Shown here piece by piece: positions 9,200 to 19,035 of a DNA stretch of 64,000 bases. A program made the translations under genes and the position numbers. The notes below the pieces were generated by a model that saw nothing but the letters and a program-made list of their open reading frames with translations, ran no database searches and was not told where the DNA came from. This DNA comes from Oligoflexales bacterium. Its GTDB lineage: Bacteria; Bdellovibrionota_B; Oligoflexia; Oligoflexales; Bog-1112. Position 1 is the stretch's first letter, and each line of letters starts with the position of its first letter. The DNA is taken from NCBI GenBank assembly GCA_045105515.1, contig JBGCDR010000040.1:32001-96000 (forward strand), in the 5' to 3' direction.

Positions 9200-10332
9200 T
9201 ACCAGTAAAATTAACTACCAAGAACATAATTAGTACTCTTATATTTGCTTATTCAAGCTTCCACTTTAGCGCCTGCATGCGCAGTCGCAGAGATGCAATA
9301 GAAAATCCAACAACTCTATCATCGGAAGAACCAGTAGCTAAAGATTCAGATGATGAAGGAACTCTTTCAGTAATAACCAATCTTTTTTCAGATTCCAAAC
9401 CAGTTAAACCAAAGCTCAAACCACCTTTATCAAGAGTCCCTTTCAAACATCTTGGTTTCTATGAGGCCCCATCCGTTGGTAAAAAATCATTCAAATGGGA
9501 AGCGAAAATTATTCAATCTGAAAAAGAAATCAAGGATTTAGAAATGTTCTTCACTTCGCAACAGCTTTCACACAAGCTAAATAATTTAAAAGAAGTTACA
9601 ATTTTAGCTCTGATGCACACAGGCTCTAAAGCAAATAGTGCCATCAGAGTTAGCCAAGTGAAATTCGATAACCAGATCCATATTCTTTCAGAGATTTTAG
9701 AAACTAATTCTAACTGCAGCATGCTTTCTAGCTCAGATCCCAAGCACTATTTACACTTAATTTCTATCCCTCTAAAGGAAGAATCTCTAAACAAAAAAAT
9801 CAGGGTAGACGTACTTAGAAGGCATGAAGCTTGTTTACCTACTTTAAAATGGGAGCAAAATAAATTTAAACGAGTCGCATATAAAACTCTTTACTATGAG
9901 GAAAAAAGTAAAAAATCTTGGGATCATCCTTCTCCTCGCATTCTCACATTAAACAACAACTGGGGAGAATGGAATTTGTTTCAGAAAAATTATTGCCATT
10001 CATGTGATCAGATGTCACTTACACCTAATAAGGGATATCTAGCAATAATTGACGGGAAAGGCGCTTCTCATGGCTATGGAAAAAGCCACTTAATAGTAAA
10101 AAAGATTTACAAAAATGACCACTACGTTGGTGTGGGATTGAAACGTATTGTGGAACTCTGCCCTCAAAATAAATCGAATCAAGCACTGCTTCTTTTAGAA
10201 ATCGATAATAACTCGTTGAAAATTGATAGAGCTTTTACAAAGAGTCATATTTTTCGCTTACCATCGGGTTTTATCCCTGAGGACCAGATTACCTGCGGAA
10301 GCTATGACAAGTTTTTATTGGAAGAATCGTAA
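9196..10332 (+). CDS. Hypothetical lipoprotein, possibly tandem PrcB-C-terminal-like domains
   Basis: Lipobox FSAC; ATGA coupling to the EAL gene; two loosely similar alpha/beta segments. Confidence 0.7.
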   Translation: MIPVKLTTKNIISTLIFAYSSFHFSACMRSRRDAIENPTTLSSEEPVAKDSDDEGTLSVITNLFSDSKPVKPKLKPPLSRVPFKHLGFYEAPSVGKKSFKWEAKIIQSEKEIKDLEMFFTSQQLSHKLNNLKEVTILALMHTGSKANSAIRVSQVKFDNQIHILSEILETNSNCSMLSSSDPKHYLHLISIPLKEESLNKKIRVDVLRRHEACLPTLKWEQNKFKRVAYKTLYYEEKSKKSWDHPSPRILTLNNNWGEWNLFQKNYCHSCDQMSLTPNKGYLAIIDGKGASHGYGKSHLIVKKIYKNDHYVGVGLKRIVELCPQNKSNQALLLLEIDNNSLKIDRAFTKSHIFRLPSGFIPEDQITCGSYDKFLLEES

Positions 10333-11621
10333 TTTTGCTGGAATTTCTTCAAGAATTGTGAAAAACGCTCTACTGCTTCATCAGGAATGGGGTTATATAA
10401 AGAGACCCTTAAACCCCCAACAGAATGATGCCCCTTAACTTGTCGAAAACCTGCTGCTTCTGCTTCTTTGACAAATTTAAGTTCAAGCTCCCTCTCTCGA
10501 ATCGTGAAGGGAATACTTGTAGTTGACCTCCATTTAGGGTCAACCTTATTGATATAAAATCCCTGCGAAGAGTCGATAATTGAATATACCTTGCTTGATC
10601 TTGTAATTGCTCTTTTTTCAATTGCTTCTAAACCTTGCTTCTCCACAGTTTTTAGGGTTTCGTTTAGGAAGGTAATTGAGATGATATCTGGTGTGTTATA
10701 TAAATTTCCATAATCAGCATAATTTTTATATTCCTGTGTATATCCTACCCCATCCGCTTTTTCCAATAAATCACTTCGTATAATTACCAAAGTGACACCA
10801 GCCGGGCCTAGGTTTTTTCCTCCAGAGGCATAAATTATTCCATAATTTTCTATCTGCATCCTGCGAGAGAGTAGAGAACTGGTAGCATCGGTAACTAGTG
10901 GACGTTTATCAGAGTCAACAAGTTTCGGGTCATACCGGTACTGAATACCATCCGTAGTCTCATTATCGCAAATATGGACATAAGATGCCTCAGGAGACAA
11001 ACTCCACTCTTTCTCAGGTTTGAGACTAATAAGACCGGTTTTAGGATCTTGGCTAAGAACATCAACCAAGCGCCCATCATAGTTAAGCTTATCCAAATGA
11101 CTTTTTGCTCGCTTAGACCAAAATCCGCTATCAACATAATCCGCTTGCTTTGAACTTTTTAGTAGGTTTATGGGAATAGTATCAAATTGAAAGTGAGCAC
11201 CTCCGGTCATAAAAAGTACTTCGTAATTATCAGGTACATTTAATACCTTTTTTACTCGTTGTTTAGTCTCAACTATCAAGTTTTGGACAGCTCCACCTTC
11301 ATCACGATGAGATAGCTCCTGGATGCCGACACCTCCCTGAAAACTAAACAACTGTAAAACGACCCTTTGTATTACATCGGTATAATTCATTCCTGGCCCA
11401 GCACAAAAATTATCCGGGTTATCACGTCGCAATTTTAGTACTTGCCCGATCCGTGATATAAAATCCTGATCTTCAATTTCTTTTACTGGTATGTTTGAGT
11501 TTTCATCAGAGTCAACTTTTTCAATCTCGGCAAGATCGCTAAAATCATTCTTATCAACTGCAAGACTATAATGTGAGAATGCTATCATCCATAAAAAAAA
11601 CCAAGTTAGTTTAAAATTCAT
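10302..11621 (-). CDS. serC: Phosphoserine aminotransferase (SerC) family protein with signal peptide and ~70 aa N-terminal extension
   Basis: NFCAGP, ELSHR, VLFMTGGA, CDNETTDG, DATS, PLP-Lys motif GKNLGPAG, LYNTP, KGHHSVGGLRVSLYN. Confidence 0.88.
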   Translation of the reverse strand: MNFKLTWFFLWMIAFSHYSLAVDKNDFSDLAEIEKVDSDENSNIPVKEIEDQDFISRIGQVLKLRRDNPDNFCAGPGMNYTDVIQRVVLQLFSFQGGVGIQELSHRDEGGAVQNLIVETKQRVKKVLNVPDNYEVLFMTGGAHFQFDTIPINLLKSSKQADYVDSGFWSKRAKSHLDKLNYDGRLVDVLSQDPKTGLISLKPEKEWSLSPEASYVHICDNETTDGIQYRYDPKLVDSDKRPLVTDATSSLLSRRMQIENYGIIYASGGKNLGPAGVTLVIIRSDLLEKADGVGYTQEYKNYADYGNLYNTPDIISITFLNETLKTVEKQGLEAIEKRAITRSSKVYSIIDSSQGFYINKVDPKWRSTTSIPFTIRERELELKFVKEAEAAGFRQVKGHHSVGGLRVSLYNPIPDEAVERFSQFLKKFQQNYDSSNKNLS

Positions 11622-11923
11622 TAGCTCACCTTTTTAGGGACTAAGGGTTTAAGGTAATAGACGAGTTGCCTAGTAGGCTGACTGCCAACTACTATTTTGT
11701 AAGCTAGGCATGTTAAATGTGGGGAAGGAAAAGTAAAGAACAATTTGATATGCAGTTCTATGTTGTACAAAAAAAGATCAGAATCTAGTACCCTAGGAAT
11801 AATGTATTGGTAAGCTTAGGGAAAGACATCAAGATTACTATAATAAGCAATACTAATAGCAAAAATTTGGAAGCTCGCATGTATGAAAAGTTTGAATGGG
11901 AAGATCGTTACGACCTAAATAGC

Positions 11924-12757
11924 TTAAGCAATTTTATCTTCCAGCTTGGGTGTGAAAAAATGCGTGACTTGCTGACTAAGAATTTCTAAAATTTGCTCAT
12001 GAGTTTTATTTGTAGGCTTAAGCCACTTAATAAGCGCCTCCTCCCTAAGAATTACTGGACAGCGGTCATGACCAGCTGCTGAAATCTCCGGAGTTGGTTC
12101 AGTTGTTATTAATGAAAAACCTTTAAAAGGATTATGTTCCCAGATATCGTGATTGAAGATAACCGGCACAAAAAGCCCCAATGCTGATTGAGGGTTAAAT
12201 TCGATCACAATACTTCGCTCGCTTGGTTCCTTGAGTTCCGTCTTTGTCGGCGAATAGCTTTTACCTTGCGCTAGTATTTTCTTTTTTCGTTGCAAAGTAA
12301 GTGCTGCAAAATGATTTTTAATTGCGGTAAGTGTTATCGAACCTGAGCTAAGCAAGTTTCTGACCTGCACATTCTCAAAAAAACCATCAAGAATAATGAA
12401 CCCATGCCCCTTTTGATAAGCATCTGACCAAGCTGTAGAGCGCAAATTATCCAATCTTGAATTGTAATTGCAACGCTTTTCTTGACGGTTTCCTCGAGTA
12501 ATGTTTCTGAGCTTGGGTTCGTAATATTTCCCATAACGCATCGGCTCACATACTATAGTTTCACCTTTTTGATAATAAGCTGGAACATAATATTTATCAC
12601 CGCAAAAAAAACGCTCTCCGCTCTTAGCCACCTTATAGTCTTTTGGATATTCGGTACTTTTTCCGAAAAGGTTTTCCCAGACTTCCTTTGCTTGTTCGAC
12701 CCCAAGACGCAATTCAACTTCTTTTATATTTTTTCGCGTTAATGCTGAAAAGCACAA
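11924..12757 (-). CDS. SOS response-associated peptidase (SRAP/YedK/HMCES) family protein
   Basis: TTG start with GAGG RBS exposes Cys2; YNSR, GFFE, ITTEP, HDRCPVIL. Confidence 0.85.
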   Translation of the reverse strand: MCFSALTRKNIKEVELRLGVEQAKEVWENLFGKSTEYPKDYKVAKSGERFFCGDKYYVPAYYQKGETIVCEPMRYGKYYEPKLRNITRGNRQEKRCNYNSRLDNLRSTAWSDAYQKGHGFIILDGFFENVQVRNLLSSGSITLTAIKNHFAALTLQRKKKILAQGKSYSPTKTELKEPSERSIVIEFNPQSALGLFVPVIFNHDIWEHNPFKGFSLITTEPTPEISAAGHDRCPVILREEALIKWLKPTNKTHEQILEILSQQVTHFFTPKLEDKIA

Positions 12758-13072
12758 AACTAACCTCTTTGTTCAAATTATTATAAAGATTTGCAACGAA
12801 ATTCCAAGAATGTTTTCCTAACTAGTTCCAAACCTCTTTTCTAGGTGATTTACAGTCTATCATAAGATGTTTGCATTTTCTCTTAATCTTCAAACAAGCG
12901 CAAAGAACTCGAGCTCGAGAAACCCACCGAAACTTTTAAAAAGCCGATTTTTGCTCCTCTCAATTCACAGAATTTCTAGCAAGTTCCTTTGAAAAAGGTA
13001 ACGTGAAGGAAGGTCTTATTATAAATGTAAGATGCTAAACGGTTCTTTTTCTTAAATCAAGATCTACTTCAT

Positions 13073-14599
13073 CTATCCAAGCTTTTGACTGAGCCCTTTG
13101 ACTGCAAAGCACCATACCGCAAGCATAACTATAATCGTCATTGCCATATAAGGAGTTGCCGCACTGATAGAGTTGCAAGTAAGAAGAAGCATCTGCACCA
13201 GAAGAGATCCAGCAGATTTACCTATTCTCGAACCAACTCCATCGATTGCCGCTTTACCGTAACGTTTTTCTGTGGTTGAAAGAGGGATAAAGGCGATTTC
13301 TTTAGAGGTATCAAAGAGGGTATATTTACAGCCTCGAGAAAATATCATCTGCACGGAGCCAAAAAATAAAGATAAATTTACCGGATTACTCGTTAGGTTT
13401 AACAGTATATCGGGAGTCGAGGCTGTTTCTTGGTAGAGAAGAAGCCAAAAAAAACCAGCACAGGTAATCGAAATAGTCACTGGAGTCAGATAAGCAGCGT
13501 ATTTCCATCCACATCTACGAAGCAAATTACCTGAGATAAATAAAGAAATAATCACTGAAAGGATGCCTGTTAATGTCGTAATATGGCTTTTATAACGAGC
13601 CATCCCTGCTGCATCATCCAGATAAAGCATTTTCAACTGATTTTCCCAAAGCACATCTGAGAGGTTAAAAACCAAATTATAGCTCAATACCAACAAAGCG
13701 ATATAAAGCAGATGTTTAGAGCCTCGTAAGCAATCCAGGCACTCTGACAAGGTAAGCTTAACCTTCTCATTTTTTTTAATCTTTTGGTCGGGAGTGTAAA
13801 CGACCCCTTGCCAGTGCATATAGTAAAAAAGCAGCATAACCAAAAAGCCACATATTACAGCAGTTCCAAGATAAAACATCAAAGATTGTTCCCAAGCAGA
13901 GGAGCCAAAAGGTAGATCAGGATTGAAATTATGTCCTGCATAATAAGCTGAAGTTAGACCGGCAAAAATTGCTGCTGAGTTGGCACCGAGTAAAAATAAA
14001 GGGTAGAACCTTCCTGCCTGTTCTATACTTGTAATTTCGTTAGCAAAACCCCAAATAAGCATAGAAAGTAAAATTGTTCCCCATAATTCTGTAATTACAT
14101 AAAAAACTGATAATGGCCAATGCCCGATCATACTCACAAAACCACCCGCTCCTTCGGGAAGAATTTGCGTCAAAAACAGAGACAAGGAATCCAATTCAAG
14201 GCTAGACCGATTCGGATATATGAAGAAGATAAATACTAAATAGAATGCTATGAAAAAGCTCAGCATGAAGTAAAAAATTTTTTCTCTGTCAAAACGATGT
14301 GAAAGTCGCATCGCTAAGCCTGTAATCAAAAAAGCTCCGGGTATGACTGCCCAGACTTTTAAGAATGGAATGATCTCTGCTCCCACCTTGCTTTCTGCCA
14401 CCACAATGGAAGATTTAATAATTCTCAGCATATCGTAAACATATGCTAGAAGAAAAAATATTAAGAAAGTTGGAACGAATTTATTCAGTTCATCCCCATG
14501 AACAGGCCAGACTATCGATTTGATTTTAGTCAATAAACCTTGCGAGTGATTTTCTGGATCTAGGCTGCGATCATTTACTGAATTTTTTAGAACATCCAT
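13073..14599 (-). CDS. NTT/TLC-family nucleotide (ATP/ADP-type) translocase
   Basis: About 12 hydrophobic segments; WPVHGDELNKF, GAEIIPFLKVW, ELWG, WGFANEIT, RFYP, KYTLFDTSKEIAFIPL, GKAAIDGVGSRIGKSAG. Confidence 0.92.
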   Translation of the reverse strand: MDVLKNSVNDRSLDPENHSQGLLTKIKSIVWPVHGDELNKFVPTFLIFFLLAYVYDMLRIIKSSIVVAESKVGAEIIPFLKVWAVIPGAFLITGLAMRLSHRFDREKIFYFMLSFFIAFYLVFIFFIYPNRSSLELDSLSLFLTQILPEGAGGFVSMIGHWPLSVFYVITELWGTILLSMLIWGFANEITSIEQAGRFYPLFLLGANSAAIFAGLTSAYYAGHNFNPDLPFGSSAWEQSLMFYLGTAVICGFLVMLLFYYMHWQGVVYTPDQKIKKNEKVKLTLSECLDCLRGSKHLLYIALLVLSYNLVFNLSDVLWENQLKMLYLDDAAGMARYKSHITTLTGILSVIISLFISGNLLRRCGWKYAAYLTPVTISITCAGFFWLLLYQETASTPDILLNLTSNPVNLSLFFGSVQMIFSRGCKYTLFDTSKEIAFIPLSTTEKRYGKAAIDGVGSRIGKSAGSLLVQMLLLTCNSISAATPYMAMTIIVMLAVWCFAVKGLSQKLG

Positions 14600-14993
14600 A
14601 AATTCTCAATAACTCACGTTTACCCAAGGAAACAGATAGGAAACCGCAATAGGACCTGTGTGAGAGATTCAACTGAAAAAACATCCAGTGTAATCCACAC
14701 CAAATTATTGTGACCATTAGTGGTTCACGACATTGCAAGGCCTTATAGGGTACTTACATATGTCATGTAGTCTTTATTCAACCACCTTGCAAGTCTATAT
14801 TTCGAAAATGCAATAATAACAGAATATTTTCTAAGCTTATTGACCTTTTCTCGAAGGCAGATGTATCAAAAGTTTTGACACTTGGAAGAGTAAATTTTAT
14901 CGATTGTAGTACAAGAATTTTATACTTGTAAAGCAACAATAGCAAAGGAGCTGTTTAAGAAACTACCCCTCAAGCTCCTTCAATACTAGAATA

Positions 14994-16034
14994 TTAAGGA
15001 CAAGGGTTAGGTATCTCTTGATGGATAGAGTTGATGCTTTGTAGCAGCTCATCTGACATTTTCACGTCAAGGCTCGCAATATCTATTTTTAGTTGCTCCA
15101 TAGTCGTAGCCCCAATGATGACACTCGTCATAAAAGCCTGTTTCAGACAAAAAGCTATGGCCATTTGCGAAGGATCAATTTTACAAAACTGGGCTAACTC
15201 TGCATAACGCTTAGTAGCCTTGACTCCATTCTCGTTTGAATATCGATTGAATCGTTCCCATTTTGTTACTCTGGCTCCATCAGGCTTCTTGCCACCTAAA
15301 TACTTTCCTGATAGTACTCCAAAGGCAAGAGGTGAATATGCCAATAGTCCACAATTTTCTCGACAAGAAACCTCTGCTAGGCCAATTTCATAAATACGAT
15401 TAAGGAGATTATAAGGGTTTTGAATGCTTACAATTCTTGGCCAAGACCTTTCCTTTGCCAACTGTAAAAACTTCATAACTCCCCAGGGAGTTTCATTAGA
15501 TAATCCTATGGATCTAATCTTACCTTTGCTAACAAAGTCATATAATACTTCTAAGGTGTCTTCAATCGGAACCATGGTTTCAGTTGAATCATGTTCGTAT
15601 GATCGCTTACCAAAAAAATTAGTATTACGATCAGGCCAATGCAGTTGGTAGAGATCTAAATAATCAGTTTGAAGACGTCTCAAACTTGAATCAAGGGCTT
15701 GTTCAATATTTTTCCGATCAAGACGCGGCTTACCATCTCTTACATAGGTAAATGTTGCCGATGGACCAACTACTTTACTTGCTAATATCAAACGGTCCCG
15801 ATGCCCCCTGGAATTAAGCCATTTACCAAGGTACTCTTCTGTACGGCTGTAAGTCTCTTTTTTTGGTGGAACTGGATACATTTCTGCAGTATCGATGAAG
15901 TTTATTCCACGTTCAAAAGCATAGTCAAGCTGCTCAAAAGCTTCTTCCAAACTATTTTGTTCGCCAAAGGTCATTGTTCCTAAGCAAATAGAGCTAACTT
16001 CAATCCCCGAATCCCCAAGCTTCCTCATCTCCAT
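14994..16034 (-). CDS. tas: NADP(H)-dependent aldo-keto reductase (Tas-like)
   Basis: CLGTMTFGEQN, DTAEMYPVPP, YQLHWPDR, GLSNETPWG; start placed at ATG 16034 after GGAG. Confidence 0.93.
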   Translation of the reverse strand: MEMRKLGDSGIEVSSICLGTMTFGEQNSLEEAFEQLDYAFERGINFIDTAEMYPVPPKKETYSRTEEYLGKWLNSRGHRDRLILASKVVGPSATFTYVRDGKPRLDRKNIEQALDSSLRRLQTDYLDLYQLHWPDRNTNFFGKRSYEHDSTETMVPIEDTLEVLYDFVSKGKIRSIGLSNETPWGVMKFLQLAKERSWPRIVSIQNPYNLLNRIYEIGLAEVSCRENCGLLAYSPLAFGVLSGKYLGGKKPDGARVTKWERFNRYSNENGVKATKRYAELAQFCKIDPSQMAIAFCLKQAFMTSVIIGATTMEQLKIDIASLDVKMSDELLQSINSIHQEIPNPCP

Positions 16035-16246
16035 CGTGATACTCCAGTACTTGCCAAAAAAGCGATCTATATGGGTCACAGGCATATGACCTCATTCCCT
16101 ATCCATTCTTTTCCTTTAAGATAAGGAGCATAAGGAATTAGAGCAAGCCATTTTCCTGAACTCATATAGGAAACCATTGCCGTTTACGACCCAAAAAATC
16201 ATGGTAGACTAACAAATATAGTTAATCCCTTCACGAGGAAAACCCC

Positions 16247-17668
16247 TTGAAAGAGTATGACCTGGTTGTCATAGGGTCAGGCCCAGCTGGTGAAAAGGCT
16301 GCTGTAAAAGCTGCTTTTTTTGGATATAGGGTCGCTATCATTGAAAAAGAACGAAGCTTGGGGGGAGCTGGAGTCAATACTGGAACTCTTCCTTCCAAAA
16401 CCCTCAAAGAAACTGCTCTTTACTACTCAGGGAAATACGATAAAGGCCTCTATGGAATCGATCGTGAGTTAAAGCATGGAGCATCTATAGATGAATTTAT
16501 GTATCGTAAACAAATTGTTTGCACCTCAATGAATCAAGAAATTGCGAATAACCTCAAAAGGCATAAAGTGGACATATATCACGGAATAGCCACTCTTGAG
16601 GATACTCACACGGTAAGGGTCACTGGAACAAAAGAATTATTGCTTAGAGGTCGGTTCATTATCATTGCAACCGGTTCTTATCCTTACCAACCAGAGAACA
16701 TTCCATTCGATGGAAACCGAGTTCATGACTCTGATAGCATCTTAACAATTGGAGAATTTCCAAAGACTCTTTGCATTGTCGGAGCTGGTGTTATTGGCTG
16801 CGAATACGCTACTATCTTCGCTGCCATGGGAGCACAAGTATTTTTAATAAATAACAAAAATACGATCCTAAGCTTCTTAGATACAGAAATAAGCCAAGCA
16901 TTGGTAAGAGAGATGCAAACAGATGGAATAGATATTTTGTTTGAGACAGAAGTGAAAGATGTCCGCGTGCCTTCTAATCAAACTGATGCTATCGATGTAG
17001 TTTTATCAAATGACTCTATTTTACATGTAGATATGTTTCTATATGCCGCAGGCAGAAGCGGCAACACTAGAACCCTAAACTTAGAAAAGCTAGGCATAAA
17101 GACCGGAAAAAGGGAGACCATTCCAGTAAATGCCTGCTACCAGACTAATATAAGCTCGATTTATGCCGTTGGAGACGTGGTAGGGTTTCCTGCATTAGCA
17201 AGTACCAGTATGGATCAAGGGAGAGTAGCTGTTTCTCACATGTTTCAAATCAAGGATCACGACCGAATTGCCAAGATATTTCCCTATGGAATTTACACCA
17301 TTCCTGAGGTGTCCATGGTGGGGCTAACAGAAGAGGCTGCAAAATCACAAAAGATCTCTTACGAGGTAGGGATTGCAAATTTTAGTTTTATGCCTAGGGG
17401 CAAAATCATGGGGATCAAGACTGGGTTTTTGAAACTCGTTTTTGAAAAAGATAGTCTGGTAATCCTAGGGGTACACTGTATTGGCCCTTTAGCTACAGAA
17501 CTAATTCATTTTGGCCTCAGTTTAGTTGAAAATAAAAAGAATCTCAATCAGGTTATATCTACAATCTTTAACTACCCCACATTGCACGACCTATACAAAT
17601 ATGCTAGCTATAATGGTTTAGGAAAGATTCCTCAACACACCCAACATAATATTGCTCAAGAGAAATAA
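16247..17668 (+). CDS. sthA: Soluble pyridine nucleotide transhydrogenase
   Basis: GSGPAG, NTGTLPSKTL (no redox CxxxxC), GAGVIGCEYA, ASTSMDQGR, GIYTIPE, FNYPTL. Confidence 0.9.
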   Translation: MKEYDLVVIGSGPAGEKAAVKAAFFGYRVAIIEKERSLGGAGVNTGTLPSKTLKETALYYSGKYDKGLYGIDRELKHGASIDEFMYRKQIVCTSMNQEIANNLKRHKVDIYHGIATLEDTHTVRVTGTKELLLRGRFIIIATGSYPYQPENIPFDGNRVHDSDSILTIGEFPKTLCIVGAGVIGCEYATIFAAMGAQVFLINNKNTILSFLDTEISQALVREMQTDGIDILFETEVKDVRVPSNQTDAIDVVLSNDSILHVDMFLYAAGRSGNTRTLNLEKLGIKTGKRETIPVNACYQTNISSIYAVGDVVGFPALASTSMDQGRVAVSHMFQIKDHDRIAKIFPYGIYTIPEVSMVGLTEEAAKSQKISYEVGIANFSFMPRGKIMGIKTGFLKLVFEKDSLVILGVHCIGPLATELIHFGLSLVENKKNLNQVISTIFNYPTLHDLYKYASYNGLGKIPQHTQHNIAQEK

Positions 17669-18066
17669 TTGGTCCCATAAGTTTTATCAAGCTCTTGGCC
17701 AAGCTTTCTATCTACATATTTTGCTAACTCTGTGATAAGGTATTCAAATTCTTCGTCAGCGTCATATACTATGCTATCAAAGTCAGAACTAGTAGGCTTC
17801 ATTTCAATTGAGGAGTGAAAACTGCGAAAATCATTGATTTGGTTTTCGATTTGACTTTTGAGTTCAGGCTTATTAATGAGTGCTTTCTCGTAGAGAAAGT
17901 CTATTATGGCAATCTGATTTTTACGCATTTTTTGCCTTGCCTTTGCAGCACGAGAATCTTCTTTACGACTATAAAAGTACATCGCCAGCCCGAAAGAGAT
18001 AACTAAAATGACTGATGTTACTAAATACAATTTTACTCTCTTTTTTTCACACACATGTATGATCAC
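17656..18066 (-). CDS. Hypothetical single-pass membrane protein
   Basis: 136 aa ORF with N-terminal TM helix; start uncertain. Confidence 0.6.
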   Translation of the reverse strand: MIIHVCEKKRVKLYLVTSVILVISFGLAMYFYSRKEDSRAAKARQKMRKNQIAIIDFLYEKALINKPELKSQIENQINDFRSFHSSIEMKPTSSDFDSIVYDADEEFEYLITELAKYVDRKLGQELDKTYGTNYFS

Positions 18067-18654
18067 ATCTTATTTTATAGATCGCAAAGATATTTGTCCA
18101 TGATCGAATTAAAAAGTAAAATGGGAACATTGGTGAATATGCTGGGGGCCATATTGGGTCACATAAAAATTTTTCCTTTCTTATTAGCTATGAGCTCATA
18201 TCTGATATTTCCTACTCCCATGAATGCTAAGACTACTTTTGGAGTAGAGTGCACCGATGTAGTGGGTTTTAGCTTAAGCATGCCACTAAGCAGAAAATCT
18301 TTCACTGAGTTTAACCTCGGTTGGAAGAACTTGCACAAGAATAAAAGCCTGCTACATAGCGGATATTACTTGTTAAATGAACATCCTGATTTGATCAACA
18401 ATAAATCCGAAAAAATGGAAATATACTATGGGGGCGGCTACAAATTAGTTATAAAAGAGAAAAAACTAGAAAATCCCGAGGATAGTGAAAAAAAGGAGAT
18501 AAGCGAATCGTTTTATTTGCGAGCTCAAGCTGGTATTCGCTATCGCAATAAGCTATTTGAGCTTTTCTTCTCCATTCTGCCGGGCATTAAGCTTATTCCC
18601 GAACTTAGCTTGGATCTTTCTGTAACTCTTGGAATACGATACTATCTACCCTAG
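18055..18654 (+). CDS. Hypothetical exported protein, probably a small beta-barrel
   Basis: Alternating beta-strand pattern (EIYYGGGY, AQAGIRY, LSVTLGIRYY); true start likely downstream of 18055. Confidence 0.65.
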   Translation: MYDHILFYRSQRYLSMIELKSKMGTLVNMLGAILGHIKIFPFLLAMSSYLIFPTPMNAKTTFGVECTDVVGFSLSMPLSRKSFTEFNLGWKNLHKNKSLLHSGYYLLNEHPDLINNKSEKMEIYYGGGYKLVIKEKKLENPEDSEKKEISESFYLRAQAGIRYRNKLFELFFSILPGIKLIPELSLDLSVTLGIRYYLP

Positions 18655-19035
18655 CGTTTAAATTTCCAAGTAATTTTATTCATATCGTAATTCCTTCTAG
18701 CAAATCCAAGCTTGCAAAATAGTTCAATTTGGTAATAACGAGGCGGAAAACGTGGCTCTGCTGCCTCACACCACAAGTTCCAAACTCTATTAGTATCACG
18801 CCACTTCACCTGCATTTGACAAACTAGGTTAAAAAAAAATCTCATTTTTTTGTGAAAACTTGGCCTTTCCCAAATTGTTACATAGCTCACTATGAGTATT
18901 ACTTGGACTTTCTAGTATTTTATACCTAAGCACTAGCATTTTTTCGCAGATAGTTTGCCAACGATAGGCAAAAAAACCAAGATGAAGCTGTACCATGAAT
19001 AAAATTCCAAAGAACCATATTTGAAAACAATTCAT
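18651..19035 (-). pseudogene. Membrane-anchored hypothetical gene split into two frames at an A9 tract
   Basis: ORFs 18829-19035 and 18651-18890 fuse if one base is removed from A9 at 18831-18839. Confidence 0.45.

Noticed and set aside
11807..11989. 60 aa ORF overlapping the SRAP 3' end
   Set aside because: TTG start, no clear RBS, no motif
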